Assembly: GCA_016204695.1 (NCBI GenBank)
Contig: JACQKD010000014.1
Location: 88,170 to 152,169 of the forward strand
Source of the DNA: Candidatus Kaiserbacteria bacterium
Lineage (GTDB): Bacteria; Patescibacteriota; Minisyncoccia; Phycocordibacterales; UBA918
Direction of reading: 5' to 3'
DNA length: 64,000 nucleotides
Below the pieces are notes generated by a model, which was not told the DNA's origin, did no database searches, and saw only the letters and a list, made by a program, of their open reading frames with translations. This document shows, in pieces, positions 20,049-28,888 of this stretch; position 1 is the stretch's first letter; each line of letters starts with the position of its first letter. The translations under genes were made by a program, and so were the position numbers.

Positions 20049-20067
20049 GTGGACCCGAGGGGATTCG
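20049..20067 (-). repeat. 19-bp duplicate of tRNA-Ala(CGC) 3' end
   Basis: GTGGACCCGAGGGGATTCG identical to 20212-20230. Confidence 0.85.
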
Positions 20068-20069
20068 AT

Positions 20070-20152
20070 CCTTACAGGATCAGTATACCTTGCGGATACT
20101 TTTCTTCTCCGCCAGCCGGCGGATCGAAAAGATATCTCGCAAGGTCTGCGAA
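20070..20152 (-). repeat. structured element copy E (5'-truncated)
   Basis: Minus strand TTCGCAGA-CCTTGCG...CGCAAGG-TATACTGATCCTGTAAGG; interrupts the duplicated T-arm. Confidence 0.8.
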
Positions 20153-20212
20153 CCCCCTGTATCCTACAAAAACATAGTCGCGTGACGCTTCGCGTCCCGC
20201 TCCTTGTTTTTG

Positions 20213-20284
20213 TGGACCCGAGGGGATTCGCACCCCTGACCCCTGCAATGCGAATGCAGTGCTCTACTCCTGAGCTACGGGCCC
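20213..20284 (-). tRNA. tRNA-Ala(CGC)
   Basis: Cloverleaf GGGCCCG/CGGGTCC with G3:U70; anticodon loop TTCGCAT; T-loop TGCGAAT. Confidence 0.92.
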
Positions 20285-20373
20285 GGCAACGCCTCATATG
20301 GTATCCGACAGGACGGGAAAAAGGAAGTTGCTGGCGGCATCTGTCGGTTTTGGCTACAATACACCATGCATCT

Positions 20374-20445
20374 CCTCCCGTCGTTCAACGGATAGGACGC
20401 GAGTTTCCGGAACTCGTAATGTCAGTTCGATTCTGGCCGGGAGGA
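20374..20445 (+). tRNA. tRNA-Arg(CCG)
   Basis: CCTCCCG/CGGGAGG acceptor, CGAGT-TTCCGGA-ACTCG, TTCGATT. Confidence 0.93.
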
Positions 20446-20459
20446 CAAGAGCTTCATTG

Positions 20460-20530
20460 TGGACCTACGGGGAGTCGAACCCCGGCCTCCTCCATGCCAT
20501 GGAGGCGTTATACCGCTTAACTATAGGCCC
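20460..20530 (-). tRNA. tRNA-Ala(GGC)
   Basis: GGGCCTA/TAGGTCC acceptor, CCTCC-ATGGCAT-GGAGG, TTCGACT. Confidence 0.93.
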
Positions 20531-20681
20531 TCGAGTACGGGTCCGTGGAATTGTCTTCAACTCTACCTGAATGCAATATCTCGCACAAGAACACCGCATG
20601 TTTGCAGAGGAAGCTGTCCACAGGACATACGAAAATACTTCACTTGTATCTTATACTGTGCCTAACGATCAGCATTTTGTG

Positions 20682-21116
20682 ATGAATATCCTCTCATACT
20701 TCGACTTGAATAAGACGGCGGGCGGCTTCCGGGAACTCGGAGGCAGTGCGGCACTGGACTATAAGATGAAAGCCGAGCCGCCAGCCGCTCCGGTACCGGA
20801 AGCGCCGGAGACAGTAAAACCGCAAGCGCGCCCGATGCCCCTCTTTGAACAGCTCGTGCTGTACGCCGGCGTGATCATCGGCGTACTCTTCAGCTCAACA
20901 GTTAGACAATTCCAGGATGGAGCAGTCGCATTGCCAAAACTCGGTTTTGCCTCCGTACTGATTGCGGCGGTCGTGTCGCTGATCATCATCCCCATCGTGT
21001 TCGACAAGCTCAAGGTCAATCCCGACGCGCCGTTTATCATCCGCTTCGGCCTCTTCGTCCAACACGGCGCATTCTGGCACATCCTCCTTGTCGCGATCGG
21101 CAAGGCAATCGTTTGA
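20682..21116 (+). CDS. membrane protein (about 3 TM)
   Basis: Pro-rich linker followed by hydrophobic helices. Confidence 0.6.
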   Translation: MNILSYFDLNKTAGGFRELGGSAALDYKMKAEPPAAPVPEAPETVKPQARPMPLFEQLVLYAGVIIGVLFSSTVRQFQDGAVALPKLGFASVLIAAVVSLIIIPIVFDKLKVNPDAPFIIRFGLFVQHGAFWHILLVAIGKAIV

Positions 21117-21199
21117 ACCGGTACATAACGCCCGGGTAGCAAAGACAGAAAAAATATGTATAGTTGAAGGGAACAAAAGCAGTCCATAGGACTGTTTTT

Positions 21200-21272
21200 G
21201 GGCCCCTAGCTCATCTGGTAGAGCACCGGTTTTGCACTCCGGAGGCGAGCGGTTCGAGTCCGCTGGGGTCCA
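21200..21272 (+). tRNA. tRNA-Ala(TGC)
   Basis: GGGCCCC/GGGGTCC acceptor, anticodon loop TTTGCAC, AGCGG-TTCGAGT-CCGCT. Confidence 0.93.
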
Positions 21273-21291
21273 CATACGGTGTAGGATGTAG

Positions 21292-23015
21292 GGGTATCCG
21301 CTTAAGGCGGGACAATTGGGTGTCGGTCATGTACGCTGAAGGACTGAATTCCACCACGAGTTCAGTCACCCTTCAGAGGACCGACCGACATGAAATTTTG
21401 GGCCAAAAGTCTTCGCATTGTCAACGCTTTTTGTGACAACGCCGCGCAGAGCATCCGACACGTGGCGCATCAGACCGGGTTCTCCAAGAGCAGTGTGCAT
21501 CGCCTCAAACAGGCGATGGAACGCCGAGACCGCCACCCAGAGTCGTGGTTGTGGGAAACGGAAGAAGGCCACCGTTGGCTCCTCCGTCTGGTGGTCGCCG
21601 CCCTTTTTACGTTCGGTCTCACACGCGGTGTCGGGGCGGAAACCCTCAGCGAGTTTTTTGGCCGTCTGCGCCTCGAGGCACATATCGGGTCTTCGCCCAG
21701 CGCCTTGCGGAGGATGATGGAGGCGTTGGAGGCCGTGCTTCTGGAGACGGCAGGAACATGGGAGCACGAGGGGGTAGCTGCCGGAGAGATCAGACCAATC
21801 ATCGGCGCGGTGGACGAAACCTTCTTGGAACGCATGATGCTGGTGTTCATGGACCTTGCCAGTGGCTACTTGGTGGCTGAAGAGGTTGCCGCGGATCGGA
21901 GTTATGACACCTGGTACGCTGTGGTCACGGCACGCCTGGCGACGCTGGGGGTTGGTGTGAGGTACATGGTGAGTGACCGGGCCAAGGCACTGATCAAACT
22001 GGCGGACACGGGGCTGGCGTGCTTGAGCGTCCCGGACTTCTTCCACCTTCTCCATGACCTGACCAAGAGCTATTCGCTGGCCATTGTCAGTCGGCTGAGG
22101 CACGCGCAGCAGGCCTTGCAGCACGCGCAGGAGCGTCTTGCCGCGTGCCAAGAGGCTCATCCAGACGGTGCGGACGTGCAACACGTGCACGCCTTGGTGG
22201 AGGTGCATGAAGCGGAAGTCCAGCGCTGGCAAAACGTGCACAGTGACTACCGGCACCACCTCGAGCACCTGTCGCTCATCATGCATCCATGGCGCTTAGG
22301 AGGCTCGACACCCCAGACGTCACACGAAGTGGAAGACCTCTTACAGACAGAGATCGCGGCCCTGGAAACCTTGGTCGCAACGCAGGGGGTGCCCATCAAG
22401 AAGCACGCCTTGGAGAAGGTCCGCAAGCAGCTCGCGGGCGTCGCCGCCCTGGTGGACGTGTGGTGGCAGGAGGTGTGGCACGATGTGCAGTCTCAGGTTG
22501 CCCTGACGTCGCAGTGGCGGGGCTGGGTTGCAGAGTGTGTGCTGCCGCTCATGTATTGGCAGGAACAACTGGCGCGCACGCGTTGCCCACGACGCAAAGC
22601 CAAGCTCTTCGAGGCGTTGCAGACGGTTGAGGAGGCCATGGAAACGCATCCCCTCACCCGCCAGTTGGCCCCCGAGGTCCTGGCGGGGTGGAAAGTCTGG
22701 GCGGCCGAGCATGCCAGAGGCTTTCAGCGGGCCTCCTCGGCGGTTGAAGGGCGCAACGGTGCGCTGCCGCAGTTGCACCACAACCAGCGCGGCTTGCCCA
22801 AACGCCGCTACAAGGTGTGGACGGTGTTGCACAACTTCGACTGTCGTGCCGCGGACGGGAGCACGCCCGCCTCACGGTTTTTCCGGCACGAATTTCCGGA
22901 CCTCTTTGAGACGGTGCTCTCAAAAATCGATGACGTACCACGATCTCGTCAACGCCACCAGGCTCTGGCGATAAGTATTTGAAGCTATAGAATGTCCCGC
23001 TTTAAGCGGATACCC
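21292..23015 (+). mobile_element. complete insertion sequence (1724 bp), 23-bp TIRs, 8-bp TSD
   Basis: GGGTATCCGCTTAAGGCGGGACA (21292-21314) vs TGTCCCGCTTTAAGCGGATACCC (22993-23015), one mismatch; GGATGTAG at 21284-21291 and 23016-23023. Confidence 0.95.
21390..22982 (+). CDS. DDE-type transposase (DUF6399-like)
   Basis: N-terminal HTH, GAVDETF, VSDRAKAL, PDFFH, RASSAVEGRNG; fills the TIR-bounded element. Confidence 0.88.
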   Translation: MKFWAKSLRIVNAFCDNAAQSIRHVAHQTGFSKSSVHRLKQAMERRDRHPESWLWETEEGHRWLLRLVVAALFTFGLTRGVGAETLSEFFGRLRLEAHIGSSPSALRRMMEALEAVLLETAGTWEHEGVAAGEIRPIIGAVDETFLERMMLVFMDLASGYLVAEEVAADRSYDTWYAVVTARLATLGVGVRYMVSDRAKALIKLADTGLACLSVPDFFHLLHDLTKSYSLAIVSRLRHAQQALQHAQERLAACQEAHPDGADVQHVHALVEVHEAEVQRWQNVHSDYRHHLEHLSLIMHPWRLGGSTPQTSHEVEDLLQTEIAALETLVATQGVPIKKHALEKVRKQLAGVAALVDVWWQEVWHDVQSQVALTSQWRGWVAECVLPLMYWQEQLARTRCPRRKAKLFEALQTVEEAMETHPLTRQLAPEVLAGWKVWAAEHARGFQRASSAVEGRNGALPQLHHNQRGLPKRRYKVWTVLHNFDCRAADGSTPASRFFRHEFPDLFETVLSKIDDVPRSRQRHQALAISI

Positions 23016-23047
23016 GGATGTAGGATGGTGTAGGTTTTTTGCTTTAT

Positions 23048-23267
23048 ATGGCTATTGACTGGACAGACATACAAAAAGAATACAAAGGGCTCTGGGTGGC
23101 CGCTCAAGGAAGATGAACAGACTGTAGTAGGGAGCGGCAAGACTCTTGCGGAGGCCCTGGAAAAAGCGAAGGAAGCCGGATATGAGAAACCCATTGTTGT
23201 CTGCACGTCAGAAAGGGTCCTGCCGTTTATAGGCGGCCCCCAATTAGTGACGGGAAAAGAAGAGTAG
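23048..23267 (+). pseudogene. frameshifted small protein (DUF5678-like)
   Basis: MAIDWTDIQKEYKGLWVA in one frame continues as LKEDEQTVVGSGKTLAEALEKAKEAGYEKP after a +1 shift near 23100. Confidence 0.7.
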
Positions 23268-23540
23268 ATTGCGGGAGAGAAATAAGAGGCAGAGCAGGGA
23301 GAAAATGAAAGAGAGAAGCCGTCAGAATAAATCTCTGACGGCTTCTCTCTTTTCTCATGCTATAATCCGTTCAATTTGTACCTTCTAAACTGACGGGGAG
23401 AAAGTCCGGTGCCCTTTTTGATCTTCAGGGAGCTACGTCACTTTCCTCCCCCTCCATAGCCACCAACACTTGGTAGCTACGGCGGGGGCGTGAGTAAGGT
23501 CGACCGCTTCCCGAATTATCAACAAAAGTTCCGAATGTGT

Positions 23541-23705
23541 ATGAGTATAAATAAAACTACTACTCAAACCGGGCAAAAAGCTCCTATTTCTGGTCAATAT
23601 CGGCCAGTTGGTACGCGCGACGAAATCACCCTCTCGAAGGGGGATCGTGTTCCACCGTACCAGAAGGAAGCCAAGAAGTTTGTTCTGGTTGATAAAACCA
23701 AATAG
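23541..23705 (+). CDS. YjzC-like small protein
   Basis: TGQKAPISGQY...EITLSKGDRVPP...LVDKTK matches the YjzC-like pattern. Confidence 0.8.
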   Translation: MSINKTTTQTGQKAPISGQYRPVGTRDEITLSKGDRVPPYQKEAKKFVLVDKTK

Positions 23706-23836
23706 CTTCTGACGCCCAGAATCCCCGTCAGTTTCGAGAGTACAACTCTTATTTTCTATAAGGCTCAGTGGGGATGTAGGTCGGTGTAGACTTATACAAG
23801 TTCGTATTGTTAAAAATTGGAAATCTGAATGAGGGT

Positions 23837-24862
23837 ATGTCGAATCCACTTATAATTTTCGGAGCAGGCGCGTCCTTTGACTATTCTGCGTTTGGTAACA
23901 TCGCTCCACTTACTAATGATCTCGTCTCAGAACGTTTTCTTCATCACGATCTTTTAGAAAAATATCAAGGTGCCAACGATCTGTTATCTGATATGGTGCA
24001 CCAGGTCCATACACGTAATCGCGCATTTGAGACCGTCTTGAGCGAGATGAGAGAACGTGCGGCCCATTCTCCGCAACTTCTCAGTCAATTCGCAGCACTT
24101 GAATTTTATTTAAAAGCTCTTTTCAAGCGGATCTCAACTCCCTCGGACCTAACAAGAAGAGCGTATCAGGTAAACAATTATCGGATTATAAATAATCGTA
24201 TACATGCGTACTCTGGTGGTAGAGCAAATATTATATCTTTTAATTACGACACTCTCTTTGAGCATACTCTTGGTGCAAAAGCGCCAAAAAACATGCTGGA
24301 ATATATTTCTGGTGATATTAAAATCTTCAAACTGCATGGTTCCCACGACTGGCTTCATATACAACCAAGATCGCTAATGGGGGGTGATCCAAAGACAGAA
24401 GCAGAGGATATTGACTGGTACTTGGGTCGTCCAGATTTTATTGAGAATATTAGAGCTAGAAATGACACAAGTCCTTACCATGAACTAGAGCTCCACGAAC
24501 GTCCGAATAGAAATCGATATGCTTGGTTTCCAGCGATCGCTGTCCCTTTAAATAGTAAAGACAGATATGTTTGTCCTCCGAGGCATATCCAAGCGCTCGA
24601 ACAGGTACTGCCAAAGATCGATCGGGTTCTTATTATTGGTTGGAAAGCAGGAGATCAGCTTCTTCTTGAAATGCTTTCAAGACACTTGCCTAACTTCGGC
24701 TACAAGTTGCTTGTGATCTCAGGAACTGTAGATGGTGCGCAAAAGGTTGCCGAAGTTGTTCGAGATAAACTTACTGCCCATGCAGGAAAAATTGAGGCAC
24801 GTGGCGGTGGATTCTCAGATTTCGTAGGTAGCGATATAAGTCATAGCTTTTTTGCCGATTGA
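23837..24862 (+). CDS. SIR2-like (SIR2_2) domain protein
   Basis: IIFGAGAS, ISFNYDTLFE, FKLHGS and LIIGWKAGD motifs; AT-rich. Confidence 0.85.
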   Translation: MSNPLIIFGAGASFDYSAFGNIAPLTNDLVSERFLHHDLLEKYQGANDLLSDMVHQVHTRNRAFETVLSEMRERAAHSPQLLSQFAALEFYLKALFKRISTPSDLTRRAYQVNNYRIINNRIHAYSGGRANIISFNYDTLFEHTLGAKAPKNMLEYISGDIKIFKLHGSHDWLHIQPRSLMGGDPKTEAEDIDWYLGRPDFIENIRARNDTSPYHELELHERPNRNRYAWFPAIAVPLNSKDRYVCPPRHIQALEQVLPKIDRVLIIGWKAGDQLLLEMLSRHLPNFGYKLLVISGTVDGAQKVAEVVRDKLTAHAGKIEARGGGFSDFVGSDISHSFFAD

Positions 24863-24883
24863 TTTATCATTACCAGGAGACAC

Positions 24884-24911
24884 TTGACGACCTTGTATGC
24901 TTTGGTACTAT
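24884..24911 (+). promoter_or_regulatory. putative sigma70 promoter for a small RNA
   Basis: TTGACG-16 nt-TACTAT with a TG upstream of the -10 box. Confidence 0.5.
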
Positions 24912-24914
24912 ATA

Positions 24915-24998
24915 GATACAAGTGGCTTCGGCCTCACCCCCGCAAGGGGGAGAAAATGCAGGAAAGCCGTCAGAACAAGTTTCTGACGGCTTTTCTCA
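24915..24998 (+). ncRNA. putative small structured RNA convergent with pemK
   Basis: GGC-TTCG-GCC and CCCCC-GCAA-GGGGG hairpins, then terminator AAAGCCGTCAGAA-CAAGT-TTCTGACGGCTTTT. Confidence 0.5.
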
Positions 24999-25353
24999 AT
25001 TCTGCGAATATTTCCTTGTCGAGAAAACCGACCTTTTCGACCAAACGCCGCGTATCGATCACTCGAAGTTGTGAGAGGAGCGCTTTCGCCTCCTTGTCTT
25101 GAACTATCCCCACAGAGATACGGAGTCGATGGGGATGCGGAGAGGTGGTTAGCGGGATAACCGCACAGGTTTCTGCTCCAAACGAGCGTATGATCACCAC
25201 CGGCCGAAGAAATGATTTACCGCTCCCGTCCTGTTCCGATCCGACATTCACGCCGAGTCGACACCACCATATTTCGCGAACCGTATAGAGACGAGATTCT
25301 TCACCATGGGTCTGCTTTTTCAGCGTATTCCACGTATCGAAATCTTTTGTCAT
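24970..25353 (-). CDS. PemK/MazF-family toxin
   Basis: REIWWCRLGVNVGSEQDG...RPVVII...IPLTTS...LSQLRVIDTRRL. Confidence 0.9.
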   Translation of the reverse strand: MTKDFDTWNTLKKQTHGEESRLYTVREIWWCRLGVNVGSEQDGSGKSFLRPVVIIRSFGAETCAVIPLTTSPHPHRLRISVGIVQDKEAKALLSQLRVIDTRRLVEKVGFLDKEIFAELRKAVRNLF

Positions 25354-25525
25354 GAAGTTAGGGAAATCATAGCATGGACATTTTATGATGGTATGATGAG
25401 TCTTATCGAGAGGGGAGTGTAGGGTGTAGGTTGGTGTAGGACTTTTTCTCTAACAGCTTCTGGACGGGTGCCAGAAAATCCTTGTTTTCCGCCACAGCGG
25501 TTCGAACGTCGTCCAATAAGGCCCA

Positions 25526-25573
25526 CAACTGTAGAAAATCCCGTCTCATATGAGACGGGATTTTCTACAGTTG
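25526..25573. repeat. perfect 48-bp palindrome
   Basis: CAACTGTAGAAAATCCCGTCTCAT|ATGAGACGGGATTTTCTACAGTTG. Confidence 0.95.
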
Positions 25574-25697
25574 AAGGGGAGTTCGGAACGGACTCGAAGC
25601 TGTTGCGAGCTAGACTATGAGCGAAGCGAAATAGTATAGCCGCAACGGAGGAGTCGATTACCGCACCCGGGACAGGTCTGTTAAAATGGCAACCTGT

Positions 25698-26690
25698 ATG
25701 AAACTTCTGATTGTGACACATCTTGAGACGAGCAAGAAACCTGCTCCGCACACACCGGGATTGCGTACGCTTACCCGCGTGCAGGTGAAAAAGATCAAGG
25801 CGGTCGCGCCGAAGATGGAGATAATCGTGACCGGAGAGCCGGACGAAATCGAGCGGCATGCCGCCGATGCGAACATCATCGTGACGTCTCCGCGGACGCT
25901 CCCGCCGCTTGCACATGCAACACATCTCACATGGCTTCACTCGCTCTCGGCGGGCGTGGACCGCATCCTGACACCCGAGGTCAAGAAGTCATCGGTCATC
26001 GTCTCAAATTCTTCCGGCGTGCATGCGGTCCCGATTGCAGAGCATGTCATGGCATACCTGCTCATTTTCGCGCGCGGTTTTTTACATTCGCTTGAAAATC
26101 AAAAGCATCGTCTCTGGAAACGGGGCGAAGGCATGACCGAGCTGTATGAGAAGACCGTACTCATCGTCGGCATGGGGAATATCGGGAGCGAAGTCGCGAG
26201 ACGCGCGCATGCATTCGACTGTCATATCATCGCGCTCACGCGAAGCGGAAAGACCGACTCAAAATACGTTCACGAGATACACAAAGCATCGGCGCTTGAG
26301 CGCATGCTGAAGAAAGCCGATTTTGTTGTGAGTTGTCTGCCCGGCACACCGGAGACGCATCACATCTTTGACCGCAAAAAATTCGGCCTTATGAAGCCGA
26401 GCGCGTACTTCATCAACATCGGCCGCGGTTCGCTCGTGCATGAAAAAGACCTCATCGCCGCGCTCAAGAAAAAGCTCATCGCGGGCGCCGCGCTCGATGT
26501 CGCCGAGACCGAGCCGCTTCCCGCAGAAAGCCCGCTCTGGAACATGCAAAATGTCATCATCACTCCACACCATTCCGGCGCCTCCGAACGATACATGGAC
26601 CGCGCCATCGACCGCTTCGTGCTCAATCTCAAAGCATACCTGCGGAAGAAACCCCTCCCGAATCTCGTAGACAAAACCTTGGGGTACTGA
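25698..26690 (+). CDS. D-2-hydroxyacid dehydrogenase
   Basis: SAGVD, AEH, GMGNIG, INIGRG, AALDV and TPHHSG motifs. Confidence 0.93.
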   Translation: MKLLIVTHLETSKKPAPHTPGLRTLTRVQVKKIKAVAPKMEIIVTGEPDEIERHAADANIIVTSPRTLPPLAHATHLTWLHSLSAGVDRILTPEVKKSSVIVSNSSGVHAVPIAEHVMAYLLIFARGFLHSLENQKHRLWKRGEGMTELYEKTVLIVGMGNIGSEVARRAHAFDCHIIALTRSGKTDSKYVHEIHKASALERMLKKADFVVSCLPGTPETHHIFDRKKFGLMKPSAYFINIGRGSLVHEKDLIAALKKKLIAGAALDVAETEPLPAESPLWNMQNVIITPHHSGASERYMDRAIDRFVLNLKAYLRKKPLPNLVDKTLGY

Positions 26691-26705
26691 CATAGTATCA
26701 GTGCG

Positions 26706-27455
26706 ATGCAGGTAATTATCCAAAACCTCGCAACCGAATATCTGGACGAGGGAAGCGGTACGGCCGTGCTGTTTTTGCACGGGTGGATGGACAGTCTGCA
26801 TACGTTTGATGCGCTTGCGGCGCTCTTGCCTCCGACACACAGGATTATTCGGCTCGACCTGCCGGGATTCGGCAAGACTGAACGGCCGAAGGAAGCATGG
26901 GGCCTCGACGAGTATGTGCGCTTTGTCGACAATTTTATCAAGAAGCTCGGCGTCGAAGTCGACACGTTCGTCGGACACTCGTTCGGCGGACGAGTCATCC
27001 TAAAGGGAGCGGCGGAAAACATCTTCCATGCGGACAAGCTCGTGCTCATCGGTTCCGCAGGGATTGCCAAACGGAACACTCCTCGCCATTTGTTTTTCAA
27101 CATCATTGCAAAGCTCGGAAAGGTTGCGACAGCCATACCGCCGTTGAGCTTTTGGAAAGAAAAAATACGCAGGCGGTTTTATACGCGCATCGGGAGCGAC
27201 TATGCGGATGCCGGAGCACTGCAGGAGACATTTTTGAAAACCATTTCGGAGGATTTGAGCGAAAGTGCACAAAAGATAGACACCCCGACGCTCCTCATAT
27301 GGGGAAAAAATGACACCGCCACACCGCTCTCCGACGGCGAGCGGCTGGCTCGGCTCATCCCGCGAGCACAGCTCGAAGCGCTCGACGGCGGACATTTCAT
27401 CCACCGTGAAAGGCCGGAGGAAGTCGTGGCATTCATACGAAATTTCATATGCTGA
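26706..27455 (+). CDS. alpha/beta hydrolase
   Basis: LHGW, DLPGFG, GHSFGG, WGKND and GGHF motifs. Confidence 0.93.
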   Translation: MQVIIQNLATEYLDEGSGTAVLFLHGWMDSLHTFDALAALLPPTHRIIRLDLPGFGKTERPKEAWGLDEYVRFVDNFIKKLGVEVDTFVGHSFGGRVILKGAAENIFHADKLVLIGSAGIAKRNTPRHLFFNIIAKLGKVATAIPPLSFWKEKIRRRFYTRIGSDYADAGALQETFLKTISEDLSESAQKIDTPTLLIWGKNDTATPLSDGERLARLIPRAQLEALDGGHFIHRERPEEVVAFIRNFIC

Positions 27456-28882
27456 AACACCGACTCGCCAATTTCTTTTCGCAATACCGCCTCGACTATC
27501 CGCGCTCACTCATCTATATTCTGCAAGCGAGCGAGTACGACATCGGCGAGTATCTCACGTGGTACCGCCAGACGCAGGACTTCAGGCGCGTCGAGCGTCG
27601 CAAGCGGTTGGTCTACACGCCGAAGGCGGTCTGCCTGCTTGTCCTATGCTGGCTGTTGGCGGTTATGTTGCTCGGCGGAACGATGATGTTTTCCATCACA
27701 AGAGGATGGTATGTTCTGCCCATCGTCCTGTTACTGCTTCCCGTCATCCTTGCGTATGGCATACTCATCCCTCTGGTACTCGCGAAGTTTCTCATTCAGA
27801 AACCCGCCGAATTTTTTGTCATACGCAATGCGCGCACGCGGCTTGCGTCGCATAAAGCCGTGAAGGTTAGTATCGCGGGAAGTTTCGGCAAGACAACCAT
27901 GCGCGAAATACTCAAAACGGTTGTAGCGGAAGGAAAGAAAGTCGCCGCGCCGCCGCACAGCTATAACACGCCGCTCGGCATCAGCCGCTTCATACAGACG
28001 CTCAACGGAAACGAGGAGGTGCTCATCTTTGAACTGGGAGAACACTATCCGGGCGACATCAAAAAACTCTGCGACCTCGTGCGCCCCGATATCGGCGTCA
28101 TAACGGGCGTGAACGAAGCGCACCTCGAAAAATTCAAAACGCTTGAGCGGACGACCGCGACTATTTTTGAACTCGCCGACTACCTCGGCGAAAAGCGTAT
28201 GTATGTCAACGGAGAAAGCGAGCGTGCCCGCGGCGCTTTGCGCCGCGGGCACATCACCTACGACCGCACACAGGTCGGCCAGTGGCAGATCCACCATCCG
28301 CACACCGGCCTCGACGGTACGGCATTTACGATGATAAAAGACGACACGAAGATGGAATTGCACTCATCGCTCCTCGGTCTTCACCAGATCGGCCCGCTTG
28401 CCGCCGCCGCAGACATCGCGCTCTCGCTCGGACTTTCACCCGAACAGGTAAAAAGCGGCATCGCCAACACAAAGCCATTCGACCACCGTCTTGAGCCGAA
28501 AACGGACACGAGCGGAGTCGTCACCCTCGACGACAGCTACAACGGCAATCCCGACGGGGTAAAAGCGGTCATCGAATTTCTCACATCACTCGAAGGCCAC
28601 CGCCGATGGTACGTCACTCCGGGACTCGTGGAAATGGGTCCGAAAACGGAACAGGTGCACCGCGAGATCGGCAGACGGCTTGCCGAGGCGGAAATAGAAC
28701 ATGTCATCCTCGTACGCAATTCAGTCACTCCGTTTATTGCGGAAGGTCTGAAATCAGCGCACTATGCAGGCAAGGTTATGTGGTTTGACGATGCGCTTGC
28801 CGCATTCGCCGCGCTCCCGCATTTGACAGTGCGCGGGGATGTGGTACTTCTGCAAAATGATTGGCCTGATCAGTACCGGTGA
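27449..28882 (+). CDS. murF: UDP-MurNAc-tripeptide--D-Ala-D-Ala ligase
   Basis: AGSFGKTT, SYNTPLG, FELGE, AHLEKF, DDSYNGNP and PGLVEMG motifs. Confidence 0.9.
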   Translation: MLKHRLANFFSQYRLDYPRSLIYILQASEYDIGEYLTWYRQTQDFRRVERRKRLVYTPKAVCLLVLCWLLAVMLLGGTMMFSITRGWYVLPIVLLLLPVILAYGILIPLVLAKFLIQKPAEFFVIRNARTRLASHKAVKVSIAGSFGKTTMREILKTVVAEGKKVAAPPHSYNTPLGISRFIQTLNGNEEVLIFELGEHYPGDIKKLCDLVRPDIGVITGVNEAHLEKFKTLERTTATIFELADYLGEKRMYVNGESERARGALRRGHITYDRTQVGQWQIHHPHTGLDGTAFTMIKDDTKMELHSSLLGLHQIGPLAAAADIALSLGLSPEQVKSGIANTKPFDHRLEPKTDTSGVVTLDDSYNGNPDGVKAVIEFLTSLEGHRRWYVTPGLVEMGPKTEQVHREIGRRLAEAEIEHVILVRNSVTPFIAEGLKSAHYAGKVMWFDDALAAFAALPHLTVRGDVVLLQNDWPDQYR

Positions 28883-28888
28883 TTTAGA

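Noticed and set aside
21390-22982. The IS transposase as mobiliser of the 93-bp elements
   Set aside because: The IS has GGGTATCCGC TIRs and an 8-bp TSD; the small elements share neither.
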